In this document: positions 27,952 through 37,713 of the stretch, piece after piece
How the letters are laid out: each line of letters starts with the position of its first letter
Numbering within the stretch: position 1 is the first letter of the stretch
Assembly (NCBI GenBank): GCA_043809085.1
Contig: JAZDEG010000011.1
Location: 214,272-278,271 of the forward strand
Origin: Pseudomonadota bacterium
GTDB taxonomy: Bacteria; Desulfobacterota; Desulfobulbia; Desulfobulbales; SURF-16
Direction: 5' to 3'
DNA length: 64,000 nucleotides
Notes under the pieces: generated by a model
What the model saw: the letters and a program-made list of their open reading frames with translations, nothing else
Databases searched by the model: none
Told to the model about the DNA's origin: nothing
Program-made: the position numbers and the translations under genes

Positions 27952-28653
27952 TTATCTGTCATTTTCCGGAACAAGGGCAACCGGGGTGGCAAAGTCGAGC
28001 AGGCGCAGGTCATGACCGCTGATTAATGCCTGACCGAGGATTACTCCGAAAGAGTGTGCTTCCTCAAGCTGTTTTCTGGCATGTCCGTATCGTGGATAAT
28101 GTTTGCCGATGAACTTGGATTTTTCCGGCGATTTGCCCGCAAGTTTCAGGAAAACCCCCAGTGTTCGCCAAGGCTCCTTGCTTGGGTGAGTGAAAACGAT
28201 TCGGTTCATCACGATTGCCCCGTTTTTATGCAGCAACTGGCGCAGGCCGAACCAGTGCATGCGCCAGTACCCACGGCAGGATATGAGGGGGATGACCTTC
28301 TGGCCGGAAAAAAGCCTTGTCCCGTCCCGGTCAAGCAGAGAGAGGACCGGCCCGCTGGGATGATAGGACCAGGTGGGTCCGGCAAGGATGATCAGATCAT
28401 ACCTCGCCCGGCACTTCTCCGACAGGGGCGCAATGAGGATACGCGCCCTGAAGAAGGTGACCAGCATCATTGCCACGGTGCTCCGCACTGACCCGAAGGG
28501 AAAGCGGATGGGCCTGGTCGGTCTGAGCCGTTCGATGGTCACCGATATGCCGGTCGTTTGTAAACCGCTTGCCAGTCGGGAAAGCAGATTGCTTGTCTGC
28601 CCGCTTAGGGAAAAGCAGATGATCAATATTTTTTTTGGTGCTGATTTTTCCAT
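27952..28653 (-). CDS. flavodoxin-fold protein, DarA-like family
   Basis: N-terminal KKILIICFSLSGQT, then YDLIILAGPTW...PSGPV...VIPLISCRGYW. The pattern resembles DarA-type flavodoxin-like proteins; this is recalled from memory, not a database hit. Confidence 0.4.
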   Translation of the reverse strand: MEKSAPKKILIICFSLSGQTSNLLSRLASGLQTTGISVTIERLRPTRPIRFPFGSVRSTVAMMLVTFFRARILIAPLSEKCRARYDLIILAGPTWSYHPSGPVLSLLDRDGTRLFSGQKVIPLISCRGYWRMHWFGLRQLLHKNGAIVMNRIVFTHPSKEPWRTLGVFLKLAGKSPEKSKFIGKHYPRYGHARKQLEEAHSFGVILGQALISGHDLRLLDFATPVALVPENDR

Positions 28654-28691
28654 GGCTGAGAATAGTACCCCATGAAAAGGAATTTTTCATT

Positions 28692-30068
28692 ATGGAAAAA
28701 ACGTATGATGTCGTCATAGTCGGTGCCGGGGTTTCAGGGCTGGCCGCTGCTCATTTTCTCAAAAAGCAGTCTCCCGGTTTGCGTGTTCTGCTGCTTGAGC
28801 GGAGCGGTCGGGCCGGGGGGGCCATCCGTTCTTTTCGGCAAGACGGTTTCCTTGCCGAATGGGGTCCCCACGGTTTTCTTGATAATGCTCCGGAAAGCCG
28901 TGAAATTCTGGAGGATACCGGTCTTTATCAGGAGGCGCAGCAGGCGCCGCTGGGAAATTTTCACCGTTATGTTTGCCATCGAGGCAGGCTTGTGCAGATC
29001 CCGCAGAAACCACAAAAAATTCTGGTCACGCCACTTCTTTCCCCCTGGGGAAAAATCAGGGTGTTGGGGGATTTGTGGATCAAACCTGAACCCCGGGACC
29101 AGACGATCGGCCATTGGGCGGCAAGGCGTTTCGGCAAAGAAATACTGCCACTGGTTGATGCCGCTGTTACCGGCAGTTTTTCCGGTGACTTCAATCGTCT
29201 CAGTATCGATGCGGTGATGCCGGGGGTGCGCAAGCTGGAACAGGAGCATGGTTCCTTGTTTCGCGGACTTTTCAAGAAGATGAAGGCGGCAAAATCAAAG
29301 GTCAAGGGACGGCTGCCTGCCATGAATAATTTTCCCCAGGGGCTTGAGCGTCTGGTTGAGGTGTTGGCCGGAGAGAAGGACATCATCTTCAACGCCGGGG
29401 TCTGCGGACTGACCAGGGAGAATGCAGGGTGGCGTCTGGTAACGGCTGACAGGGAGGTGCAGGCGACACATCTTGTCATGGCCCTGCCGGTAAACAGCAG
29501 TCTGCCTCTGCTGGCCCCTTTCGGAGCGCCGCCCTTGACGGAGGTGCCGGTCTCGAACATTTGCAATGTGGTGCTGGGTTATGATGATAGTGCCCGGGTG
29601 CCCCCCGGGTTTGGTTATCTCGCGCCCGAGTGCGAAAAAAGGTTTACCCTGGGGGTTCTTTTTTCGTCGCACATGTTTCCCAATCGTGCCCCGAAAGGGA
29701 AGGTGCTCTTGGAAGCGTTGGTGGGTGGGCGAAGACATCCGGAGCGGCTGGAACTGTCTGATGAGGAAATTATTGCATCCGTCTGCCGTGATATTTCCCA
29801 GTTGATGGAGCTTCCCGAGAAACCTGTCTTTGCCAAAGTTCTCCGGCCATCCGGAGGAATACCTCAACTTGAGATGGATCACCCGAAAATGCTGGTCTAC
29901 CGCAGCGAGATAGAAAAGAACAACCGGGGGCTCTATATCTGTGGTTTCGGTTGGGACGGTATCGGTATCAACGATATGATTAAATCGGCCAAAAAAGCGG
30001 CAACTGCAATCAGTGCCGGTGGCCGGGGGCATGAAGGAGAGGCGCCGGTGAAGCCGGTTTATTTTTAA
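28692..30068 (+). CDS. hemY: FAD-dependent protoporphyrinogen/coproporphyrinogen oxidase (HemY/CgoX type)
   Basis: YDVVIVGAGVSGLAAA dinucleotide fold, GGAIRS...GFLAEWGPHGF, and a C-terminal LYICGFGWDGIGINDMI block. Confidence 0.75.
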   Translation: MEKTYDVVIVGAGVSGLAAAHFLKKQSPGLRVLLLERSGRAGGAIRSFRQDGFLAEWGPHGFLDNAPESREILEDTGLYQEAQQAPLGNFHRYVCHRGRLVQIPQKPQKILVTPLLSPWGKIRVLGDLWIKPEPRDQTIGHWAARRFGKEILPLVDAAVTGSFSGDFNRLSIDAVMPGVRKLEQEHGSLFRGLFKKMKAAKSKVKGRLPAMNNFPQGLERLVEVLAGEKDIIFNAGVCGLTRENAGWRLVTADREVQATHLVMALPVNSSLPLLAPFGAPPLTEVPVSNICNVVLGYDDSARVPPGFGYLAPECEKRFTLGVLFSSHMFPNRAPKGKVLLEALVGGRRHPERLELSDEEIIASVCRDISQLMELPEKPVFAKVLRPSGGIPQLEMDHPKMLVYRSEIEKNNRGLYICGFGWDGIGINDMIKSAKKAATAISAGGRGHEGEAPVKPVYF

Positions 30069-30070
30069 AA

Positions 30071-30179
30071 GCCGGAAATTTACCGTTTACAGCTTACGGT
30101 TTATCGATTTCAGGATTTCAGAAAGAAAATATCCTATATCCGGAAGCCGTAAACTGTAAACATATGGCCGAATTCCGGC
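30071..30179. repeat. long imperfect palindrome between the convergent hemY and dnaA genes
   Basis: GCCGGAAATT...GTTTACAGCTTACGG pairs with CCGTAAACTGTAAAC...AATTCCGGC, and an inner AGGAT/ATCCT pair is centred near 30125. Confidence 0.6.
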
Positions 30180-30220
30180 GCAAAGAGTCAAACTGGAAGT
30201 TGGCTGAGCAGTCGTGATCC

Positions 30221-31555
30221 TTACAAAAATTTTTTTTCCAGCCTGTCCTCAAGGAGTTCCACCTGGCGTCTGAGGCTCGTGTTTCGTATTCTTTTGTCCG
30301 TAATCGTCCGGATGGAGTGAACCACGGTGGAATGATCCCGGTTGAAAGCCTTGCCGATATCAGTCAGGGGCATATCCGTATACTTTCTGGACAGATACAT
30401 GGCAATCTGTCTTGGCAGGGAGATGGACTGCTTGCGGGTTTTTGACTGCAGCTCGGCAACGTCGATTTTGAACTGGCCGGCAATGAAATCCCTGATAACA
30501 ATCGGAGAGAGTGTCCTGTTCTGGCCGATAATGTTGGTCAGTGTTTCCTTCAGCATGCCGAAATCAGGTTCTGCGTGGAGCAAAGCGCATTGGGCCTTGA
30601 GGCTGACAATGGCGCTTTCCACCTGACGAATGTCTCCCCTGATGTTTTCCGCAAGATAGGCCACCTGATCCTCATTTAAACGCAGGTTGCTGATTTCCGC
30701 TTTGCGACGGATGATTTTAACCCTGGTTTCCATGGTGGGGGGATTGATGGTCGTAACCAGACCGGATAGAAATCGGGAGCGTATGCCGGAATCAATGTTG
30801 GGTATTTCTCTGGGACCCATGGAGCTGGTGAAAATAATTTTTTTACCGGTCTCAAGAAGAATATCAAGGGCCTCGGAGAGTTCCGCCTGGGTCTTCAGCC
30901 GTCCAGCCAGAGTATGGACATCTTCAATGAGGAGAATGTCACATTGTTTGTGATATTTGTTCTTGAATTCATTCATGGTGTTATTTTTGATATTTTTCAC
31001 CATTTCAGATGTCAGTTGCTGGGCGGAAAGGTAGTTGAGCCTGGTTGACGGTTTGTTCTCAATGATGTGATGGGCAACTGCGTGGGTCAGATGACTTTTG
31101 CCAAGCCCTGTGCCGGCCTTTAAATAGAGACAGTTGCCGAAGGATGTATCATTCATGGCGATATCCGTGCAGGCGGAATGCGCCATGGAATTACAGCTGC
31201 CGACAATGAATTCATTGAAGGTGAAGCGTGGATGCAGGGTTCTTATTGTTGATTTCACCATGGGAATATCCGGCAAACGCAGAGGCTGGCTTGGAGACGT
31301 GAGCAGGGTCTGCGGAGCGGGCTGTCCGTTTGTCTTGAAGACAATTTTTAGATCGTTCCGGTGCAGAAGGTGCAGGGCGTCATGGATCGGTGCGCTGTAT
31401 TTTTCTGAAACCCAGGAACAGAAGAAATTGTCCGGGCAGATAAGCTCTAAGGTAGAGCTGTCTTTTTCTTTTCCTGATAATGGGGCAATCCAGAGCGAAT
31501 ATGCGGTTTCTGGAAGTTTTTCCGATAAAATTTCTTTAATTCTGTCCCAGAGCAT
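30221..31555 (-). CDS. dnaA: chromosomal replication initiator protein DnaA
   Basis: 444 aa. AAA+ Walker A GTGLGKSHL, Walker B LLIEDVH, and the C-terminal DNA-binding signature AFNRDHSTVVHS. Confidence 0.9.
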   Translation of the reverse strand: MLWDRIKEILSEKLPETAYSLWIAPLSGKEKDSSTLELICPDNFFCSWVSEKYSAPIHDALHLLHRNDLKIVFKTNGQPAPQTLLTSPSQPLRLPDIPMVKSTIRTLHPRFTFNEFIVGSCNSMAHSACTDIAMNDTSFGNCLYLKAGTGLGKSHLTHAVAHHIIENKPSTRLNYLSAQQLTSEMVKNIKNNTMNEFKNKYHKQCDILLIEDVHTLAGRLKTQAELSEALDILLETGKKIIFTSSMGPREIPNIDSGIRSRFLSGLVTTINPPTMETRVKIIRRKAEISNLRLNEDQVAYLAENIRGDIRQVESAIVSLKAQCALLHAEPDFGMLKETLTNIIGQNRTLSPIVIRDFIAGQFKIDVAELQSKTRKQSISLPRQIAMYLSRKYTDMPLTDIGKAFNRDHSTVVHSIRTITDKRIRNTSLRRQVELLEDRLEKKFL

Positions 31556-31707
31556 GAATGTTCCCGAGGTCGTATGGAAATAAAATGAATAAGGATTAAA
31601 TATAAGGATCAGATGAGGAGATCGTTTCGTTTGAGTTAGCTTTTATAAAAAAAAACGGTCTGCTGTCAAAGACGGTTCTGCGTGATTTCCGGAAATAAAA
31701 GTTAGAG

Positions 31708-31716
31708 TTATCAACA
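31708..31716 (+). promoter_or_regulatory. near-consensus DnaA box
   Basis: TTATCAACA has one mismatch to TTATCCACA and lies 150 bp upstream of dnaA. Confidence 0.35.
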
Positions 31717-32212
31717 ATCTGTATTCCCTTGCAAGACGGGGAAAGACGGGTGTATGTGCTCTAACCGCCAATAAAAACGCGTTTTTTTGCACTGCCGGGT
31801 AAAAGGCTGTGAAATCAGGGGTTGGGGGGCGTTGATGGGCTATGTTGTGGTATTTAATTGTTTTCTGAATATATCTTTTTCTCGATTTTCCTCGTTTTTC
31901 CTGATTAATACTCATTTTTTTCTAACTGCCCGAGACTTCATGGGTATTTTTTTTCCGCCATTTTTTCTGGCGGGAACAGGGTAAAAAGAATGGATGGTTT
32001 TATTTTTTTCATGGGAGTGTTCCGACGTTGTGTCAAACAGGGGCAATGTGTTGGAAAAATGACGAAAAACGAGATTTTTCAGAAGAAACTTGTAAAAAAA
32101 TGCCCTTTTGGTAGAATGAAAAGTTCAAAAAATGACATCATTGGTCCGGCTGTCTTCTGCGTTTCCAGTCGGAATGAAGATTCGCTTCACGTGAAAAGAA
32201 ACGGAGGTCAAC

Positions 32213-33577
32213 ATGTATTCGTGCCCGGCAAAAAAAGTTTTATCCACAGAAGATGCATCCCATTTTAGGTCTTTTTCCCTCAGTAATTACTGCAAGATCC
32301 GTCAGATTCATCATCTTACCCAGGAACAGCAGTTCGCCATTGACGTTGTTGGCCGTGTTCTTCCTTTTAAAACAAACAGCTATGTGGTCAACAATCTGAT
32401 TGACTGGGACAATGTTCCGGATGATCCGGTCTTTATCCTTAATTTCCCCCGGAAGGAAATGCTCCTGCCTCACCATTTCGAGCAAATGGCCGCACTTGTT
32501 GGAAACGGCGCTTCTCAAAAAGAAATCAGCGCCTGCGCCAATCAGATTCGGTTGGAATTAAATCCCCATGCCGCCGGCCAACTTGAACATAACCGGCCGT
32601 CGTTAGACGGCAAAGTGTTGCAGGGCATGCAGCATAAATACAAGGAAACGGTTCTCTGTTTTCCCAGTCAGGGGCAGACCTGTCACGCCTATTGCACCTT
32701 TTGTTTCCGTTGGCCCCAGTTTGTCGGCAACGATGAATTGCGTTTTGCCATGAAGGAGGCGGATGATCTGGTGCGCTATGTGGCGGCTCATCCAGAGGTG
32801 ACGGATGTCATTCTGACCGGGGGGGATCCCCTTGTCATGCGAGCCGGAATTCTTTCCTACTATCTCCGGGCGTTGATTAACGCCGACCTGCCGCACCTGC
32901 AGACCATCCGCATCGGTACCAAGACCCTTTCCTATTGGCCCCAGAGGTATGTGAGAGATAAAGATGCCGGTGACCTGCTTGGCCTTTTTGAGGAGGTTGT
33001 TGCCGCAGGAAAGCATCTGGCGATAATGGCTCACTTCAATGTCCCGCAGGAGTTGGGGACAGCCATCGTTCGGGAGGCGATCAGCCGCATCCGCTCAACA
33101 GGCGCCCAGATCCGCACCCAGTCACCCCTTCTTCGTCATATCAATGATACGCCCGAGAATTGGATTCGGTTGTGGAAGGAGCAGGTCAATCTCGGTTGTA
33201 TTCCTTATTATATGTTCATGGCACGTGACACTGGCGCCCATCATTATTTCGGTCTGCCGGTGCATCGGGCCTGGAAGATATTCCGTACCGCCTATAAACA
33301 GGTGAGTGGAATTGCCCGTACCGTTCGGGGGCCTAGCATGTCTGCCTTGCCCGGTAAAGTGCAGATTGTTGGTGTTGCGGAAGTTCAAGGGGAAAAGGTT
33401 TTTGTTCTGCAGATGCTGCAGGGACGCAACCCTGACTGGGTGGGGCGGCCCTTTTTTGCCGCCTATGACGAGAAGGCGACATGGCTTGATGAGCTGCGGC
33501 CGGCTTTTGGGGAAAAACAATTTTTCTTTGAGCGCGATGCCGATTATCCCCAAGGGGACAGGCTCCATCTCGTCTGA
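32213..33577 (+). CDS. KamA family radical SAM protein (lysine 2,3-aminomutase-like)
   Basis: The CHAYCTFCFRW CxxxCxxC motif sits in a KamA-type context (YKETVLCFPSQGQTC...), followed by TGGDPL; 454 aa. Confidence 0.75.
   Translation: MYSCPAKKVLSTEDASHFRSFSLSNYCKIRQIHHLTQEQQFAIDVVGRVLPFKTNSYVVNNLIDWDNVPDDPVFILNFPRKEMLLPHHFEQMAALVGNGASQKEISACANQIRLELNPHAAGQLEHNRPSLDGKVLQGMQHKYKETVLCFPSQGQTCHAYCTFCFRWPQFVGNDELRFAMKEADDLVRYVAAHPEVTDVILTGGDPLVMRAGILSYYLRALINADLPHLQTIRIGTKTLSYWPQRYVRDKDAGDLLGLFEEVVAAGKHLAIMAHFNVPQELGTAIVREAISRIRSTGAQIRTQSPLLRHINDTPENWIRLWKEQVNLGCIPYYMFMARDTGAHHYFGLPVHRAWKIFRTAYKQVSGIARTVRGPSMSALPGKVQIVGVAEVQGEKVFVLQMLQGRNPDWVGRPFFAAYDEKATWLDELRPAFGEKQFFFERDADYPQGDRLHLV
32240..32248 (+). 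promoter_or_regulatory. perfect DnaA box
   Basis: TTATCCACA, an exact match to the consensus, lies 27 nt inside the KamA-family ORF. Confidence 0.45.
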
Positions 33578-33582
33578 TCTTT

Positions 33583-35880
33583 TCAGGAAAGGGCGTTGCT
33601 GATGGCAGCGGCGAGCTGATGGACGGTATAGGGTTTGCGAAGAAAACCCGAAGCCCCGAGTTCAATGGCTCGTCGGACCTCGGCGCTGGCTGAAAACCCG
33701 CTGGCCAGCAATGCTTTCTGGCCTGGACGAATGGCAAGAATTTTTTCATAGGTTTCTCGTCCACCAATGCCGGGCGCCATGATCATGTCAAGGAGCACAA
33801 GTTCGGTTTTGTTGTCTTTCATGAAGGCAACCGCCTCTTCTCCGTTCATGACTGTCCGGGGGGTGTAGCCGAGCCGTTTGAGCATGCTTGAGGCAATCAT
33901 GCGCTGCTGTTCGTCATCATCCACCACCAGGATTTCCTCTCCATGTCCGGTGACAATGCTTTCCTGTTGAGCCTGTGAGGGAGGTTTGATGGTATCCTTG
34001 CTTGCCGGGAGTTGGATTTCAAAGGTCGTTCCTGACGGGCTGCTTTCAGCCTCCACCATGCCCCCATGTTCCTGTATGACGTTCCATACCACGGCAAGCC
34101 CGAGACCTGTGCCGCTTCTTCCCATAACTTTGCTGGAATAAAACGGTTCAAAAATCCTTTCCAGATCCTCAGTGTCTATTCCCTGACCATTGTCGCTTAT
34201 TCGGAGTATGATTTTGGGTGAAGCCACCAGGTCATGAGCCGGTTCAACTGAAGTGGAAATGGAAATTTTTCCAGGTCCGTCGATGGCTTCGGCGGCATTG
34301 GTGACAAGATTCATCAGTGCTTTGGTGATCTGCACCGAGGAGCCGGTCAGGAGAGTTGGGCTGTCTGTCAGGTCGGTTTCATAGGAAACTTGCGGATAAC
34401 GTGTACGGAGCTGGCTGAATTCCGGGGAGTTCATGTACTGATCAATGACCCTGTTCAGGACGACAGGGTCCTTTCTCTGGGCAATGCCGCGGGCCACGGT
34501 GAGCAGGTCGTCGACAATGGCAGCGGCCCTTTTGCCTGCCTGTTTGATGATTGTCAGAGGTCGTCGCATGGGGCTGTCTTCCGGCTGGTCAAGAAGAAGC
34601 ATGTCAGGGTAGGAGACGATGCCTGCCAGGATGTTGTTGAGGTCGTGGGCAACACCCCCCGCCATCATGGCAATAACTTCCATTTTCTGGGAACGATGCA
34701 GGCGTTCCTGCACTTCCTGTCTTTCCAGCTGGGCCATCTTTCGTTCGCTTATATCAAAAACGATGACATGAAACGCCTTGCGGTTATCGTCCCAGTTAAT
34801 CATCTGGCCATGGATTTCATACCACTTGTCATCCGCTTTCCTCTCGGTGGTAAATCCGCAACTTTGCTGACCCGGTTCAAATTGATCCCCTCGGTCAAGA
34901 CAGCAGGCACAGATGCCCCCATGGCTTTTTTCGCCGAAAATCTGATAGCATTTGCTGCCGACAATATCACCGAAACGCTCGCGGGCATAACGGTTTGCGA
35001 ACAGGATTTCGTGGGTGGCAAAATCCGACACATAGACGATATTGTCCAGTCCGTCGACTATGCCGGCAAAACGGCGATAGGCGTTTGCTAAAGCCTCCTG
35101 GGAACGTTGCAGTTCCGCTAATGTCTCCTGTTTTCGATAAACATTGGCAGCGAACAGAAGAACGGCCATGATGGTGCTGATAATAAGGGCGATTTCCATT
35201 TGCCGGTATTGTTTTTGTTTGGCGTCGGCGATGGTTTCGAAACGGGAGAGGCTCTGTCTGCTGTTAAAAAAAAGCTGGTTGGCATTTTCGTTCATGCGGA
35301 CAAAGCTGGGAGACACATTTTTGAGAAAGTCTTTGATGGCCTTGATCGCCCCTTTCCATTCGGAAATATTTTCTTGCCGCTGCAGCTTGTCTCGGTTCAT
35401 GGCCAACCTGAGCAGGGTATCGGTTTTTTCGGAGATGTCGACAAGTTTCGGGCGAAGGTCGATGATTTCGAGAATGTATGTTTCATGTCGGCTCGGCTGG
35501 TAATGGACGGTTGTGATCATTTCATCCCGTTCCGGAAGATTCAGCGGCAGATGAAAATCGATGGTGCCGCCACTTTCTATGATACGCAGCGATTGGTTGA
35601 CACGGGCAAGTGTGGCAAGGATATTGTCGTGAAGCAGTTGTTGTGTTTCCGGGTCGGTTGATGTGGGCAGTCGATAGAAAAGGGCTTCCACCTGGCGCAG
35701 GTCGGCAATGATCATTTCCCCGATGGCCATGCGGTTATGCTCGTTTTCAGCCTGGATCTCCAGTTTGTCTTTCAGATTCGCGAAAAGATTGTGCTGGAGA
35801 ATCAACAGGCTGAAGCCGGTGAGAAAGATCGCCAGCAGGACGTAGAGCCCTTTCCCGGATATTGAGGAGGAAGTGGACAT
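33583..35880 (-). CDS. hybrid sensor histidine kinase (2 TM - periplasmic domain - PAS - HisKA - HATPase - REC)
   Basis: H-box GGVAHDLNNILAGI, N, G1 and G2 boxes (DNGQGI, GTGLGLA), and a C-terminal receiver ILVVDDDEQQ...DMIMPG. The PAS domain carries GICACC. Confidence 0.85.
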   Translation of the reverse strand: MSTSSSISGKGLYVLLAIFLTGFSLLILQHNLFANLKDKLEIQAENEHNRMAIGEMIIADLRQVEALFYRLPTSTDPETQQLLHDNILATLARVNQSLRIIESGGTIDFHLPLNLPERDEMITTVHYQPSRHETYILEIIDLRPKLVDISEKTDTLLRLAMNRDKLQRQENISEWKGAIKAIKDFLKNVSPSFVRMNENANQLFFNSRQSLSRFETIADAKQKQYRQMEIALIISTIMAVLLFAANVYRKQETLAELQRSQEALANAYRRFAGIVDGLDNIVYVSDFATHEILFANRYARERFGDIVGSKCYQIFGEKSHGGICACCLDRGDQFEPGQQSCGFTTERKADDKWYEIHGQMINWDDNRKAFHVIVFDISERKMAQLERQEVQERLHRSQKMEVIAMMAGGVAHDLNNILAGIVSYPDMLLLDQPEDSPMRRPLTIIKQAGKRAAAIVDDLLTVARGIAQRKDPVVLNRVIDQYMNSPEFSQLRTRYPQVSYETDLTDSPTLLTGSSVQITKALMNLVTNAAEAIDGPGKISISTSVEPAHDLVASPKIILRISDNGQGIDTEDLERIFEPFYSSKVMGRSGTGLGLAVVWNVIQEHGGMVEAESSPSGTTFEIQLPASKDTIKPPSQAQQESIVTGHGEEILVVDDDEQQRMIASSMLKRLGYTPRTVMNGEEAVAFMKDNKTELVLLDMIMAPGIGGRETYEKILAIRPGQKALLASGFSASAEVRRAIELGASGFLRKPYTVHQLAAAISNALS

Positions 35881-35891
35881 GGAGTCGAATT

Positions 35892-36659
35892 CTACTTGAA
35901 GCCGTGGCGGGCAAATATCTCCTTTCCCTGATCCGAGCCGGCAAGAGTGAGAAAGCTGCGGGCGATGTCAGGATAGGGGGAGAATGTCAGCAGTCCGAGG
36001 ACAAGTTTATGTGGGGATGCCATGTCATCATCAAGGGGCAGCGCATCCATGAACTGTTTGTTTTCGTCCCAAAGAGCGGTGGCATACCAGTTCAGGACAA
36101 GGTCGGCTTTCTTTTCATGAATAGCCTGGACCATTCCTTTTGAATCGGCGGTCAGGTAAAGGGCATTTTCGATGGCTTGCTGGTAGAGGCCGAGTCGATT
36201 AAGAATCCGTTCCGTTTCTTTGCCGATGCTGCCGTTTTCAGCCGAACCAAGGACAACCCGATATTTTTTGTCGATCAGATTGCGGACATCGGCGGTGATA
36301 CCCAGGGGATTGCCTTTCTGAACCATCAGCGCTGCACGGTTAAAACCGACATCAACGGTTTCTTTGATTAATCCCTTTTCCAGGCAGATTTTCATGTACG
36401 ATTCCGAGCCGGGAAGAAAAAGGTCACCCACCATGTTGGTTTCGATGCTTTTCAGCAGTGCACCTGAGCCCTGTTTGGTGATTTTGATTGTACAGTTATG
36501 TTTCTGTTCGATGATTTGCGCTATTTCCTGCATGGGGCGGATCATGGTGATACCGCAGTAAATCAGGAGTTCTTTTTTTTGAGTGGCCTCTTCCGCCTTC
36601 TGGCAGCCGATGGTAAGCATGAAAGAGAACAGCGTGAAATAAAAAATAATTTTTTTCAT
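35892..36659 (-). CDS. periplasmic substrate-binding protein, ModA (molybdate/tungstate)-like
   Basis: Lipoprotein signal (LTIGC). LLIYCGITMIRPM...ITKQGSGALLKSI...DLFLPGSE resembles ModA-type PBP2 proteins. It lies 11 nt upstream of the kinase gene. Confidence 0.55.
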   Translation of the reverse strand: MKKIIFYFTLFSFMLTIGCQKAEEATQKKELLIYCGITMIRPMQEIAQIIEQKHNCTIKITKQGSGALLKSIETNMVGDLFLPGSESYMKICLEKGLIKETVDVGFNRAALMVQKGNPLGITADVRNLIDKKYRVVLGSAENGSIGKETERILNRLGLYQQAIENALYLTADSKGMVQAIHEKKADLVLNWYATALWDENKQFMDALPLDDDMASPHKLVLGLLTFSPYPDIARSFLTLAGSDQGKEIFARHGFK

Positions 36660-36769
36660 GTATCAAGCCTTTGTTGACCGGTGAATGAAAAAGAGCAAGC
36701 TCTGTCTGACTGAAAGTCCCTCCATGATACTGGGTGAGTCGCTGATCTGTAAATATACTTATAACGATT

Positions 36770-36798
36770 AATGTACAAAAAATGGTGACAATGTACAA
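36770..36798. promoter_or_regulatory. two exact AATGTACAA direct repeats, 20 bp apart
   Basis: The repeats start at 36770 and 36790, in the divergent intergenic region between the ModA-like gene and cbbQ. Each contains the palindrome TGTACA. Confidence 0.35.
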
Positions 36799-36891
36799 GC
36801 CGGGTAAAAATAAGTTTTTGAGAAAGATAATTTTTTGCGTTTTGAACAGGCAGGTATTACCATTTAAGAAAATAAACGTTAAGGAGCTGCA

Positions 36892-37704
36892 ATGGAGTTG
36901 AAAAGTAAAAAAATAGAAGAACATCTCATCATTCAGGAGCCTTTTTATCTGGTTCAGAAAAATGAGTTGACCGTGGCCATGGCTGCCTACACGAATGGAT
37001 TGCCGCTCTTGTTAAAGGGACCCACCGGCAGCGGCAAAACCAGATTCATGCAGTATCTGGCCTGGAAGCTGAAAAGGCCACTCATAACAGTTTCATGCCA
37101 TGATGATCTGTCCACCAGCGACCTGGTGGGTCGTTATCTGATCCGGGGAGGGGAGACATTCTGGGTTGATGGACCCATGACCCTTGCGGTACGTCACGGT
37201 GCCATCTGTTATCTCGATGAGGTGGTGGAGGCCAGGAAGGACACCACGGTGGTTATTCATCCCCTGGCGGATGACCGGCGGCAGTTGGCCATTGAAAAGC
37301 GCGGAGAACTGCTCAACGCCCCGCCAGAGTTCATGCTGGCGGTTTCCTATAATCCCGGTTACCAGTCGGTGTTGAAAGACATGAAGCAGTCGACCCGGCA
37401 GCGTTTTGTCGCCCTTGAACTCAATTATCCCCCCCCGGAACTTGAAACGAAAATTGTCGTTCAGGAGGCAGGAGTGGATGAAAAAATGGCGGCCGCCCTG
37501 GTGAGAATCGCTGCAATGACACGCGGCCTGAAGGATTCAGGTCTGCAGGAAGGAGCGAGCACAAGACTCCTGGTCCATGCGGGTCTTCTCGTCAGGGACG
37601 GTATCGAACCCCGTGATGCCTGCAATGTCACCATCACCCAGGCCCTCACCGACGACGAGGAAATGGTCGGCGCCATCAATGAAATGATCAGCTCGGTTCT
37701 TTAG
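36892..37704 (+). CDS. CbbQ/NirQ/NorQ/GvpN family MoxR-type AAA+ ATPase
   Basis: 270 aa with Walker A GPTGSGKT and Walker B ICYLDEVVEA. Its size and sequence blocks are typical of CbbQ/NorQ. Confidence 0.85.
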   Translation: MELKSKKIEEHLIIQEPFYLVQKNELTVAMAAYTNGLPLLLKGPTGSGKTRFMQYLAWKLKRPLITVSCHDDLSTSDLVGRYLIRGGETFWVDGPMTLAVRHGAICYLDEVVEARKDTTVVIHPLADDRRQLAIEKRGELLNAPPEFMLAVSYNPGYQSVLKDMKQSTRQRFVALELNYPPPELETKIVVQEAGVDEKMAAALVRIAAMTRGLKDSGLQEGASTRLLVHAGLLVRDGIEPRDACNVTITQALTDDEEMVGAINEMISSVL

Positions 37705-37713
37705 GACAGGCTT

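Noticed and set aside
28090-28098. CGTGGATAA (8 of 9 match to a DnaA box) and similar single near-matches inside coding regions
   Set aside because: These are isolated near-matches within genes far from dnaA and are expected by chance. They are not evidence for an origin.
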